Notes: a model not told the origin generated them from the letters alone. A DNA stretch of 24,567 nt from Armatimonadota bacterium (GCA_038248345.1 JBBRXO010000032.1:1-24567), one strand, 5' to 3'; positions 16,701 to 24,301 are shown, numbered from the stretch's first letter. Made by a program: numbers and translations.

Positions 16701-16780
16701 TCGCCCACTATCCCGAATACACCGAGCTAGCCCGCGCCCTGCGTACCTGCTGGACCGGACAACGGCATTTGGCGGTGTAG
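13757..16780 (+). CDS. mraY: MraY-like phospho-MurNAc-pentapeptide transferase fused to TPR-like repeats and a C-terminal APH/AmgK-like kinase-fold domain
   Basis: About aa 1-385: IGLYDDWRK, SNAVNLTDGLDGLA, NRPPAQIIMGDTG, DTVSVMIQV, PLHHHF. Middle: two LGKIY..A...WEQ repeats. C-terminus: IIAK, RE, FLED, FIHFEYTPGNL, IDFEQATMGPAAFDLASLL. One uninterrupted ORF. Confidence 0.87.
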   Translation: MGEIIGYLLVTVITFVLGIVGTRGVMRAFSEFRSREVKAGKEQVYRHYPRQKKPLGGGIAIFAALTAGVLITWVLDKFRFFGSDLDGYWGSIWLFLFCGLAYGLIGLYDDWRKVNAARGLDERAKIILQLILAFFFTAAIVNLRHTDPQQAISVFIPFGGWVTFYKFLFLPFGMFVLVGMSNAVNLTDGLDGLAGSSLALSFIGYLLLAAVIKSDGIPVVLPLLALAGVSGFLIYNRPPAQIIMGDTGALGLGAALGALALLSRTEWLLILFAAPFVIDTVSVMIQVGVIKFFRGPVKLLRHQTTEIFRPFLCTPLHHHFQWLNWTPWSILGLFCGVSFFSIALGIFAAPAALPGGAVGYGWLWFLGIFLQCSFLLLAALQKIIRANYFLGLEPPPDGGERVLSLYKGLPIIFFGARGYSVEERTVISEGMVNTIAAESILWRNVSEIEARATLGKIYAEYKMTDAAATEWEQIPVRNLLIRENVVVQLGKIYFTRDELLRAIILWEQLPPVHLAHLAGLTDTIRGAKVRIGHLAGRLHQQAQEHIRQLNRRAREHGLPVSSAEITMLQHEVEGALRYNQELRDLLTYEHNKTEGSAEPQTLAIVQATDLYRRMDVTLSTRIDELRQALLWANTVVTPQEVEQISPELAALADDLQMKPLEISRALEATGMLRIKEYARIEKPSRNSLFRITLERKVGRLPSSIIAKCFLDSKVTFFSACYRREFGVLTLLQEALAPSPHLLGGYLGNDHAVLFLEDVAGQDLNTLLRTLKDNRLARQECLRRALESLVQLRVNTFPFQARLEREISRIVKEVLTPEYYLNSTVIAFNRILALEKRTLTGAEKTQLETALQPVIKVLQAEPKIFIHFEYTPGNLQYIGQRTVAIDFEQATMGPAAFDLASLLYAPESNMSEKQINELLVSYHEMLPANLPDGFNVSEATLEAAALIKLFFYAGSAANFYRKFEDGARLEAMEWYLQTAEKILAHYPEYTELARALRTCWTGQRHLAV

Positions 16781-16947
16781 ACGAAGGGGGGATGGGTTTA
16801 TTTAATGAAGTCATGAATTCGAAAAGCCGATCCCGGCTTGCGCTACAATCCAAGGTAATTATCTGTCCTAACGCGGGCTGCGCCTGCAACCCAAAGTAAT
16901 TATCTTTACTGCAATAAATCGTGTTACGGCATCCTGCCTTAACGCTT

Positions 16948-17063
16948 TAATTCACAGGATATAAGGATAGTCAGGATAACAGGTAGCATAATCTTTTTCG
17001 GATAATACTTCCCTACTTGTCTTATCCTCATAATCCTCTATTATCCTTATATCCTGTGAATTA
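16948..17063. repeat. 116-bp MITE/REPIN-like element with perfect 22-bp terminal inverted repeats
   Basis: TAATTCACAGGATATAAGGATA (16948-16969) and its exact reverse complement at 17042-17063; AGGAT recurs every 8-9 nt. Confidence 0.85.
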
Positions 17064-17205
17064 CAACGATAGAAGACGACCTCTTTGCACCAGTCTGCAT
17101 TGTAAATGTGCTTTATTCTCTACAAGTTGTTCAGAAAATAACTGAGAAGAGACTATAAGCTATGATAGCATGGGCAGATATAGGAAATAATTATCGAACC
17201 GAATT

Positions 17206-17257
17206 TAGCACCCTTCAGGGTGCTTGCAGTTGTTAGCCACGTCCTTTAGGGCGTGGT
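17206..17257. repeat. Double-hairpin dispersed repeat, second copy of 12973-13023
   Basis: AGCACCC-TTCA-GGGTGCT and CCACGTCC-TTTA-GGGCGTGG with an identical linker in both copies. Confidence 0.85.
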
Positions 17258-17280
17258 TAAGGAGCGCGGCCCTGCTCTCA

Positions 17281-17302
17281 TAGGCGAGACGCCCAGGCTA
17301 CG
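17281..17302. repeat. GTAG-type REP-like palindrome overlapping a stop codon
   Basis: Minus strand CGTAGCCTGGGCGTCTCGCCTA; related to TAGCATGGGCGTCTCGACCATG at 12842-12863. Confidence 0.6.
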
Positions 17303-17738
17303 AATGGAGCATCCCCGACAAGATCACCGCTGCATCGTGTACGTACATGGCGCAACGGGTGTGGTGCAGGTCTTGCTCGAGGGCTTGCTGGCGGCCTTCC
17401 GGGGTGCTCAGCTCTACTCCCAGCAGGTTCCGGCAATTGATCTCGCCGCGCATTTTGCGGAACTTTTCGATGAACATCGCTGCGGGGGCGTAGCTCTCGG
17501 TCTTTTTTGCCGGGTCGGTAACCGATGCCGCGCCATAGTGTTGGCCAATCACCAGCAGACCGCCAGTCACCGCGCCACACGCTTCACCACAACGTCCCAT
17601 ACCGCCACCCAAGGCCACGGCTAGTTGCAGGCATTGCTCCCGCGACAGTCCCAGTGTTGGGGCAAAAGCGGCAAAAACCGCCTGCGAGCAGTTATATCCT
17701 TCGGCGAAGAGCCTATCCGCCATTTCAACTTCCGTCAT
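17298..17738 (-). CDS. C_GCAxxG_C_C family putative redox-active protein
   Basis: YNCSQAV, GGGMG, CGAVTGG, INCRNL and a C-terminal Cys; ATG 17738 after GAAGGTGG preferred to 17771. Confidence 0.88.
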   Translation of the reverse strand: MTEVEMADRLFAEGYNCSQAVFAAFAPTLGLSREQCLQLAVALGGGMGRCGEACGAVTGGLLVIGQHYGAASVTDPAKKTESYAPAAMFIEKFRKMRGEINCRNLLGVELSTPEGRQQALEQDLHHTRCAMYVHDAAVILSGMLHS

Positions 17739-17781
17739 AAATCCACCTTCCGCACCAAGTTGATGATCCACACGTAGCGCT

Positions 17782-17790
17782 ATTATATCA
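17782..17790 (-). promoter_or_regulatory. Extended -10 element for the C_GCAxxG_C_C gene
   Basis: TGATATAAT on the minus strand. Confidence 0.55.
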
Positions 17791-17955
17791 TTTTGGAGGT
17801 GGAAGTTGCTCGCATGAAATTTTTTTTAGATTTCCATTTTTCCATGGTGAATCCTGGCATAACTGTGGAATATAGACATTGGTGGGGAAGAGAAGAGTCA
17901 TTCCGGAGTGACGAAAGCGTTTCCCATACATTAAAGAAAACGAAGGAGTCCAACC

Positions 17956-18501
17956 ATGAAACAGTTTCTAACCTTACTGGCCGTAGGCGGCCTGCTCGTC
18001 CTGGCAACGGCAGCATTTGCTGTCAACGACACCGCGACATCAGCATTCGGCACCAATGTGAATGAGATTGCCGTGCTGGATATCTTCGGAATCGCGGGTG
18101 ACCTGACCCTGGTAGCACCGACAACTGGCGGAGCAGCAATTGCGGCCGTTACTAGCGCAACGACCTATGCACAGTACACGTCAGTAATTGACACCGGCAA
18201 GACGCGTATTCTCGATGCAAAGATCACAGCCGGAACGATCGCTGCTGGCACCACGCTTAAATTGACGGCCGGCACGCCCAACGTTTCTGGTGACGGGAAT
18301 CTCGGCACCGCAGCAAGCCAGGTGACGGTGACCGATACTGCGGCCAACATTGTTACTAATATTGGCAGTTGCGCAACCGGAACTGGAGGCACCGCTGGAG
18401 TTAATCTCAACTATGAACTGAGTGTCTCAGCTATCGGTTCGTTGATTAAAACGGTAGCGAACGAGATTACCGTGACCTTCACTCTCAATGATGGTGCGTA
18501 A
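17956..18501 (+). CDS. Secreted beta-rich protein, putative major fimbrial subunit
   Basis: AAGGAG SD; signal peptide ending AFA; Thr/Gly/Ala-rich; C-terminal alternating strand ITVTFTL; followed by a strong hairpin. Confidence 0.65.
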   Translation: MKQFLTLLAVGGLLVLATAAFAVNDTATSAFGTNVNEIAVLDIFGIAGDLTLVAPTTGGAAIAAVTSATTYAQYTSVIDTGKTRILDAKITAGTIAAGTTLKLTAGTPNVSGDGNLGTAASQVTVTDTAANIVTNIGSCATGTGGTAGVNLNYELSVSAIGSLIKTVANEITVTFTLNDGA

Positions 18502-18533
18502 TCACCAGACATCTGCGCCCGTCGCGCTTAAAT

Positions 18534-18563
18534 GGGTGGGGTTGCAATAATGCACCCCCACCC
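18534..18563 (+). terminator. GC-rich intercistronic hairpin (partial terminator or mRNA stabiliser)
   Basis: GGGTGGGGTTGCA-ATAA-TGCACCCCCACCC, 13-bp stem with one mismatch and a weak U-tract. Confidence 0.65.
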
Positions 18564-18582
18564 GTTCTAATTGGAGAGGCCG

Positions 18583-19089
18583 ATGAAAACCACATCCTGC
18601 ATTATATGTATTATCCGCACAGTATGCATTTTGATATACGGAGCTGTTTGTACAATATTACCCGCAGGTGCAGCAATTGAGATTACCTCCATCGGCAGTT
18701 GGTCACGCCCCATCACCGCTTCAGATCTGCTTGGGGCTGGAGGCAGCGCTCTCACCTCGACATATGAAAGCGCCAGTAACCAGGTAGTCCTCTCCGTTAC
18801 TGGCACCACCGGAAATTCCGCTGGCTGGCGCATCGATATCCACCGCACAGACAGCACCTGGGACAATCGTCTCACCTTCTCGCTGAAGCGGACAGGTGAC
18901 GGCCTGGGCGGTGGGTCTATCCTGGGCGGTACGTCATACCAGCCATTGGGCGTCACCAGCTCGACATTCTTTACCGGTACCGGCGACCGGGCGGGTATCC
19001 CTCTTCAATTAAAATTTAGCGGTGTATCGGTACTGATACCAGCTAATTCCTATGCGACGGAAATCACATTTACGGTGGTAGAATTATGA
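18583..19089 (+). CDS. Secreted beta-rich protein, putative minor fimbrial subunit
   Basis: GGAGAGG SD before ATG 18583; signal-like N-terminus; ends PANSYATEITFTV, like a pilin final strand. Confidence 0.6.
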   Translation: MKTTSCIICIIRTVCILIYGAVCTILPAGAAIEITSIGSWSRPITASDLLGAGGSALTSTYESASNQVVLSVTGTTGNSAGWRIDIHRTDSTWDNRLTFSLKRTGDGLGGGSILGGTSYQPLGVTSSTFFTGTGDRAGIPLQLKFSGVSVLIPANSYATEITFTVVEL

Positions 19090-19976
19090 AAACAACGAAC
19101 TTACTTGCTAATATACTACTCTGCAGTCTGTGCCTGCTGGGGTTGCCGCAGTTGGCTGCTGCCGGCGGCGTGAATGTGCTGGATGGCCTTACCCGGTCGG
19201 CTTCACTAAATAGTGGTGAGAAGTCCGAAGGGAAGATCACCTTGCAGAACACCCAGGAGGTGGCGCAGGAGGTAAAGGTCTTTGCCACGGATTATCAACG
19301 TAATGCCAACGGTGAGAGCTCCTACGGTGAAGCGGGCAGCACCCCGCGTTCCAATTCCAACTGGATCACCTTCACCCCGCATCAAGTGATAATTCCTGCA
19401 AAAAGTACCTTTATCGTATACTATACCATCCAGGTGCCGACGGATCCCCTGCTGGTGGGTACTTACTGGAGTGTCTTGATGGTTGAACCTGTTTCCAAAG
19501 CCAGCCTAGAACCGCCGAAAGTGGAGAAAGACAAAATAAAACTGGGCATCACCACCATTTCGCGTTATGCGATACAGATGATCACAGATATCGGCGCCAC
19601 CGGGAAACGAGCTATCAAATTCTCGAAAAAAGATTTGCTGGTACAGGATAAATCGCGGACATATCAGGTGGACATTGAGAATACCGGTGAACGATCATTG
19701 ACGCCAACTCTCTGGATCGAACTCTATGACACTGAAGGAGTCTCGCAGGGGCGCATTGATGGCAATCGCTGGCGTATCTATCCCGGCGGCTCGGCACGTT
19801 TCAATATTGACCTGACAAAAATTCCTGTTGGTGTCTACACTGGCTTGCTGGTAGCGGACAACGGCGATGAGTACATCTTCGGTACCCAGGTAAAGCTGGA
19901 TATCAAAGCGATAGAAGAACCCCAAATTAAAGTAATCGATAAGCCAGCTGAGGTTACTGGAAATGTGGTACCGTAA
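19086..19976 (+). CDS. Secreted two-domain Ig-like protein, putative pilus-assembly chaperone
   Basis: ATGA overlap with the upstream gene; signal peptide; ITLQN, WITFTP..IPA, GTYWSVLMVE, DIENTGE, IYPG motifs resembling PapD-like/DUF916-like chaperones. Confidence 0.6.
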   Translation: MKTTNLLANILLCSLCLLGLPQLAAAGGVNVLDGLTRSASLNSGEKSEGKITLQNTQEVAQEVKVFATDYQRNANGESSYGEAGSTPRSNSNWITFTPHQVIIPAKSTFIVYYTIQVPTDPLLVGTYWSVLMVEPVSKASLEPPKVEKDKIKLGITTISRYAIQMITDIGATGKRAIKFSKKDLLVQDKSRTYQVDIENTGERSLTPTLWIELYDTEGVSQGRIDGNRWRIYPGGSARFNIDLTKIPVGVYTGLLVADNGDEYIFGTQVKLDIKAIEEPQIKVIDKPAEVTGNVVP

Positions 19977-22860
19977 GAATACCCTCTATCGCTGCTATCT
20001 GCTCCTCGGCATAATTGCACTGGTAGCATTATGGATGCCCCCGGCAGCTGCTGCGGGCAAAGGGCAAGGTATCCAGGCGTTGGCGATCACCCCCGAATTG
20101 CTCACCGCCGCCCCGGGGAGTATCATCAGCCTGCGTTTCCGCGTCACCAATAGTACGCCGACGGAGGAGGAATGTATTGAGACTATCACCTTGCCGCCGG
20201 GCTGGCAGACGATAATTCCCCCGATGCCCTATTCCCTTGCCTCCTTGGAATCTACCGTGCGTATAGTAGCGTTGCAGGTACCCCAGGATGCCCCCGCGGG
20301 CAAGTATCAGATTTCCTATCGCGTCGCGAGTCAAGGCAATCCGGCGCTGCAGGATTTTGATTCTACCAGTGTGGTGGTGCCTGCGGTCAGCAGATGGGCG
20401 TTGCTGCTGGCTGACAAGCCAGAGAGTGTGATCGCCGGGCAGAGTTACCAGGCAATAGTTCGCATCATCAACCGAGGGAATAGCGAAGCGGTCACCGTCC
20501 TCACCGCCGAAGAAACACAGCAACACACCACGCTCCCCGCCGAACCCGGCACGATGACCATAGGTGCGGGCGCAGGCCAGTCCGTCACCATCACGGTGCC
20601 AACTGATGCAAAGCTACTGCGGTCAGGCACCCAGCGTATCCTCATTAAAGCCTCCGTTGGCAAAGAGGTGGTCGCGACCTTAAATATCAACGTCAATATC
20701 CTCGTCCGTGCCACTGCCGAGAATAGTAGCTATAATATGCTGCAGACCGACCTGACACTGCGCCTGAGTGGGGACGATAACGGTTCCGGGTTGCAGACCA
20801 CCTGGAAGGGTGCTGGTGCGTTGGACGATGCCGGTTCCCGGAATATAGACTTCCTGTTGCAGCTCCCCGATTCCCGTAATAGTGGCACCTTCGGCCTGCC
20901 AGATGAATTCCACCTGGCATATAACACGCGTGATACAAATATCAAACTGGGCGACCAGTCAGTCGCGGGATCATTACTGACCGATTATTCGCATTATGGA
21001 CGTGGAATCGGGATCGAGCATCAAGACGACGTGGCAGGAAACGATATGGGCGCATATTATATTGGCGATCGCTGGGGCAAAACCGGCCAAAAGACCGCCG
21101 GCGCTTACTTCCGCCATAACTTTCAGCCCGGAACCTGGGTGAGAGGTAATTACGTCAGCAGTTCGGGTAGTGAGACTAATAATAGCCAGCAAGTAACAGA
21201 CAAAGAGCTGTGGAGCGTAGAAGCAGCAGCCACGCTGGCCCGCGGGCAAATGGGCGTGCAAATGGAATTCGCCGGTAGTAGTGCGGCGGATGCCGTGAAA
21301 CCGGCAAATACCGCCTATCATCTGGAAGTGAACGGTTTGACCGGAGATAAGGGGCGGTATGTGGTAAATCGTACCCACGCAGGCGCCGACTTTACCGGCA
21401 ATTATCATGATAGCGACTATACCAGGGCTGCGTATAACTATGCCGTGACACCCCAATTAAGCGCCAACATCGCCTACGCCAGCTGGCAGGAAAATCTGGA
21501 ACAACGGCTGCCACGCACCGATGCCCCCCGTGAGCAACTGCTGCAAGCAAGTCTGCAATGGCGGTTGCCCGCGGCATGGAACCTGGGGATAGGAATTGAT
21601 AGTGCGCAACGGAGCGATCGGCTCCTACCGGTGGATTTCGATACTACTACACAAGACCTCTTTCTGCGAGTTGGGCACTCCAATGCGGATATGAGTTGGG
21701 ATACTGAATTTCGCCTCAATCGCCAGCAGGATCAGCTGACGCATCTGCAGACGACCGCGCAGGAATACCGGCTGAACGGCAGCTATCGAATATCTCCCGA
21801 ACAATTCGTCACCCTGTATGGTGGCTATAGCTCACACGCGCAGGAGTCTCATTTGCTGGGATCCAACCAGTTCGTTGGCGCAGCGATCAATTGGACGCCC
21901 TCGGCGCGGATGAGCCTGATGGGCTACATGAATGCCAATTTTACCAACAGTGGCACGTGGAACCAGCAACTGGCGATCTCTGGTCGCTACTCACTGCCCG
22001 ACCAAAGCACTATTAGCCTGCAAGTGGTGCGCGGTAGTAGCGCCAGTGGCTTTGTCGCCACCAACACCTCATATGTGCTTTCATACACCATCCCATTTGG
22101 CATCCCGCTCAGCAAACGAAAAAAAGCGGGGGCGATCCGCGGGCGGGTCTTTGATGCAACACTTCCGAACAAACCGGGGTTGGCGAATGTGGTACTTTCA
22201 CTGAATGGCGCTGGTGCGGTAACCAATGCCGATGGGGAATTTGTCTTCTCCGCACTTCCGCCGGGTCAGTATACCTTGAATGTGGATCGCAAGTCGATTG
22301 GCTTGCAGCGGATCACCGAGAAGCCGGTACCGATAGTGCTGACTATAACCGGGAGGGAAACAAATACCGTGGACATCGGCGTCATCAGTGGCGCCAGCCT
22401 GGTAGGTGCCGTACTGATGCTCAACAAAAACCCGAAAGTTTCTGCAGGTTCAAATACTGCCACCGCCACGCGGGATGGGGAACTCGTAGTACAGGGAGAC
22501 CCGAATCTGATCTCACATTCCTCTTCCGGTAAATCAGCCTCCTCCACGTCGCTCCCCGAGGCATTAATGCCTCCGCAGATGCGGATAGACCGGCAAAATG
22601 GCGCAACTGGCCTGGGGAATATACTGGTGGAGCTCACCGACGGGACAACCGTGTTACGCAGATTGACCGATGCCACCGGCAGATTCCTTTTTGAAAGTCT
22701 GCATCCGGGACTCTGGCATCTGAAGGCGTATGGACAAAACATGCCATCCTATCACTACCTGGAACAAGCCGACTTCGAGGTAACCCTGCTGGGTGATACC
22801 CAGGCCGTCGCCTACATCCGCGTCCTACCAACTGTGCGCAGTATCATCATGATTCCGTAA
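19963..22860 (+). CDS. Large secreted protein, putative usher-like outer-membrane assembly protein
   Basis: Signal peptide; N-terminal Ig-like domains (LPPGW, VPQDAPAGKY); central amphipathic beta-strand region; two C-terminal carboxypeptidase-regulatory/SdrD-B-like repeats (TNADGEFVFSALPPGQY, TDATGRFLFESLHPGLW). Confidence 0.65.
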   Translation: MWYRKNTLYRCYLLLGIIALVALWMPPAAAAGKGQGIQALAITPELLTAAPGSIISLRFRVTNSTPTEEECIETITLPPGWQTIIPPMPYSLASLESTVRIVALQVPQDAPAGKYQISYRVASQGNPALQDFDSTSVVVPAVSRWALLLADKPESVIAGQSYQAIVRIINRGNSEAVTVLTAEETQQHTTLPAEPGTMTIGAGAGQSVTITVPTDAKLLRSGTQRILIKASVGKEVVATLNINVNILVRATAENSSYNMLQTDLTLRLSGDDNGSGLQTTWKGAGALDDAGSRNIDFLLQLPDSRNSGTFGLPDEFHLAYNTRDTNIKLGDQSVAGSLLTDYSHYGRGIGIEHQDDVAGNDMGAYYIGDRWGKTGQKTAGAYFRHNFQPGTWVRGNYVSSSGSETNNSQQVTDKELWSVEAAATLARGQMGVQMEFAGSSAADAVKPANTAYHLEVNGLTGDKGRYVVNRTHAGADFTGNYHDSDYTRAAYNYAVTPQLSANIAYASWQENLEQRLPRTDAPREQLLQASLQWRLPAAWNLGIGIDSAQRSDRLLPVDFDTTTQDLFLRVGHSNADMSWDTEFRLNRQQDQLTHLQTTAQEYRLNGSYRISPEQFVTLYGGYSSHAQESHLLGSNQFVGAAINWTPSARMSLMGYMNANFTNSGTWNQQLAISGRYSLPDQSTISLQVVRGSSASGFVATNTSYVLSYTIPFGIPLSKRKKAGAIRGRVFDATLPNKPGLANVVLSLNGAGAVTNADGEFVFSALPPGQYTLNVDRKSIGLQRITEKPVPIVLTITGRETNTVDIGVISGASLVGAVLMLNKNPKVSAGSNTATATRDGELVVQGDPNLISHSSSGKSASSTSLPEALMPPQMRIDRQNGATGLGNILVELTDGTTVLRRLTDATGRFLFESLHPGLWHLKAYGQNMPSYHYLEQADFEVTLLGDTQAVAYIRVLPTVRSIIMIP

Positions 22861-22884
22861 ACGTTTTACCCTGGACAGCTGCTA

Positions 22885-24171
22885 CTACTTCACCCGCCGT
22901 GCCACCGTGTCCGCGTGCGCCGCCAGTCCCTCGTGGGTGGCCAGGGTGGCGATGGTGGGGCGGTTCTCGCGTAGCCATTCGGGGGTGGCCTGCACCAGGC
23001 TGCTGCGCTTGAGGAAGTCGGTGACGCCCAGGCCGCTGCTGAAGCGGGCGGTGCGTCCGGTGGGCAATATGTGGCTGGGGCCGGCCAGGTAGTCGCCCAC
23101 TGGCACGGGGGTGTAGGCACCCATTAATATTGAGCCGGCGTGCTTGATGAGCGGCAGCAGGCCTTCGGGGTTGGCCACCGCCAGCTCCAGGTGCTCGGCG
23201 GCCAGCACGTTGGCCATCTCCGCCGCTTCCGCCAGGTCGCGGGTGAGCACTAGCGCGCCGCGCTCGCGCAGCGATACCTCCAGATATTTGGCCCGGGGCG
23301 AGGCGGCCAGTTGCGCGGCGATCTCCACCTTCACTGCCTCCAGATAGTCGGCATCGGGGGAGATGAGCACGCTCTGCGAGTCCTCGCCGTGCTCGCTCTG
23401 GCTCAGCAGGTCGGCGGCCACCCAGTCGGCGGGCACGCTGCCATCGGCGATGATCACCACTTCGCTGGGGCCGTATAAACCATCAATGCCCACTTCACCG
23501 TAGAGTGCCTTCTTCGCCAGCGAGCCGTACATGCTGGTGGGGCCGACTATCTTGTCCACTTTCGGGAAGGTGGGCGTGCCAAAGGCCAGCGCCGCCAACG
23601 CCCAGGCGCTGCCCAGCTTGTATATCTCGGTGATGCCCAGCAGGTGCGCCGCCACCAGTACCCCGGCGGGCATGGTGCCATCGCGCAGTGAGGGGCCGAC
23701 AACGACGATGCGCGGCACCCCCGCCACCAGTGCGGGCACCACGCTCATCAGCAACGAGGAGGGGATGCTGGCCTTGCCGGTGGGCACGTAGCAGGCGACG
23801 CTCTCCACGGGGGTGTGGCGCTGGCCCACGCGCAGCCCCCACTCGATCTCCTCGAAGAAATTCTCCGGCAACTGCCGCTGGTGGAACTGCCGGATATGCT
23901 CCGCCGCCACCGTCATTGCCGTCATCAGCTCTGCATCCACCTCGGACAGCGCCGCAGAAAATTCCGCCTCCGTCACCTTCAACAGTGGCAGGGTGGCCTC
24001 CGGCCAGTCGAACTTGCGCACATATTCCAGCACCGCCGCATCGCCCTCGGCGCGCACACGTGCCACTATCTCATCCACGGCAGCCTGCTTACGCGCCACG
24101 TCCGCCGCCGCCGGCGACAACGCCGCATCAATCTGCCCCAGAGAAACCAATTCCGTGCTGAATTCGCGCAA
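22885..24171 (-). CDS. hisD: Histidinol dehydrogenase (divergent NAD-binding motifs)
   Basis: VDKIVGP, GPSEV, ADLLSQSEH, EHLEL, GDYLAGPSHILPT, EGLAAHA. TTG 24171 chosen because a promoter lies at 24198-24227. Confidence 0.9.
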   Translation of the reverse strand: MREFSTELVSLGQIDAALSPAAADVARKQAAVDEIVARVRAEGDAAVLEYVRKFDWPEATLPLLKVTEAEFSAALSEVDAELMTAMTVAAEHIRQFHQRQLPENFFEEIEWGLRVGQRHTPVESVACYVPTGKASIPSSLLMSVVPALVAGVPRIVVVGPSLRDGTMPAGVLVAAHLLGITEIYKLGSAWALAALAFGTPTFPKVDKIVGPTSMYGSLAKKALYGEVGIDGLYGPSEVVIIADGSVPADWVAADLLSQSEHGEDSQSVLISPDADYLEAVKVEIAAQLAASPRAKYLEVSLRERGALVLTRDLAEAAEMANVLAAEHLELAVANPEGLLPLIKHAGSILMGAYTPVPVGDYLAGPSHILPTGRTARFSSGLGVTDFLKRSSLVQATPEWLRENRPTIATLATHEGLAAHADTVARRVK

Positions 24172-24197
24172 CTTCCACCCCCTGTGAATACTACTGG

Positions 24198-24227
24198 AGT
24201 TTACCACTGGCGGTGAATGAGCGTCAA
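24198..24227 (-). promoter_or_regulatory. Sigma70-type promoter for hisD
   Basis: Minus strand TTGACG-N18-TAAACT with a TG extension. Confidence 0.6.
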
Positions 24228-24301
24228 TCAGGCTGTAGCGTTTATTGCAGATAGACAGATGATGCCAGAGGTGAAATAATTGGAAGTTTGAGGATTTTTT
24301 G

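Noticed and set aside
17854..17870. Sigma54 promoter for the fimbrial-like operon (CTGGCATAACTGTGGAA)
   Set aside because: The -24 TGGCA is present but the -12 reads TGGA instead of TTGC; insufficient support.
17888..17920. Hammerhead ribozyme or c-di-GMP-I riboswitch in the operon leader
   Set aside because: GAAGA-stem-GAAA mimics a hammerhead core but the required CU of CUGANGA is missing; there is no GNRA loop/receptor or second hairpin for a c-di-GMP-I aptamer.
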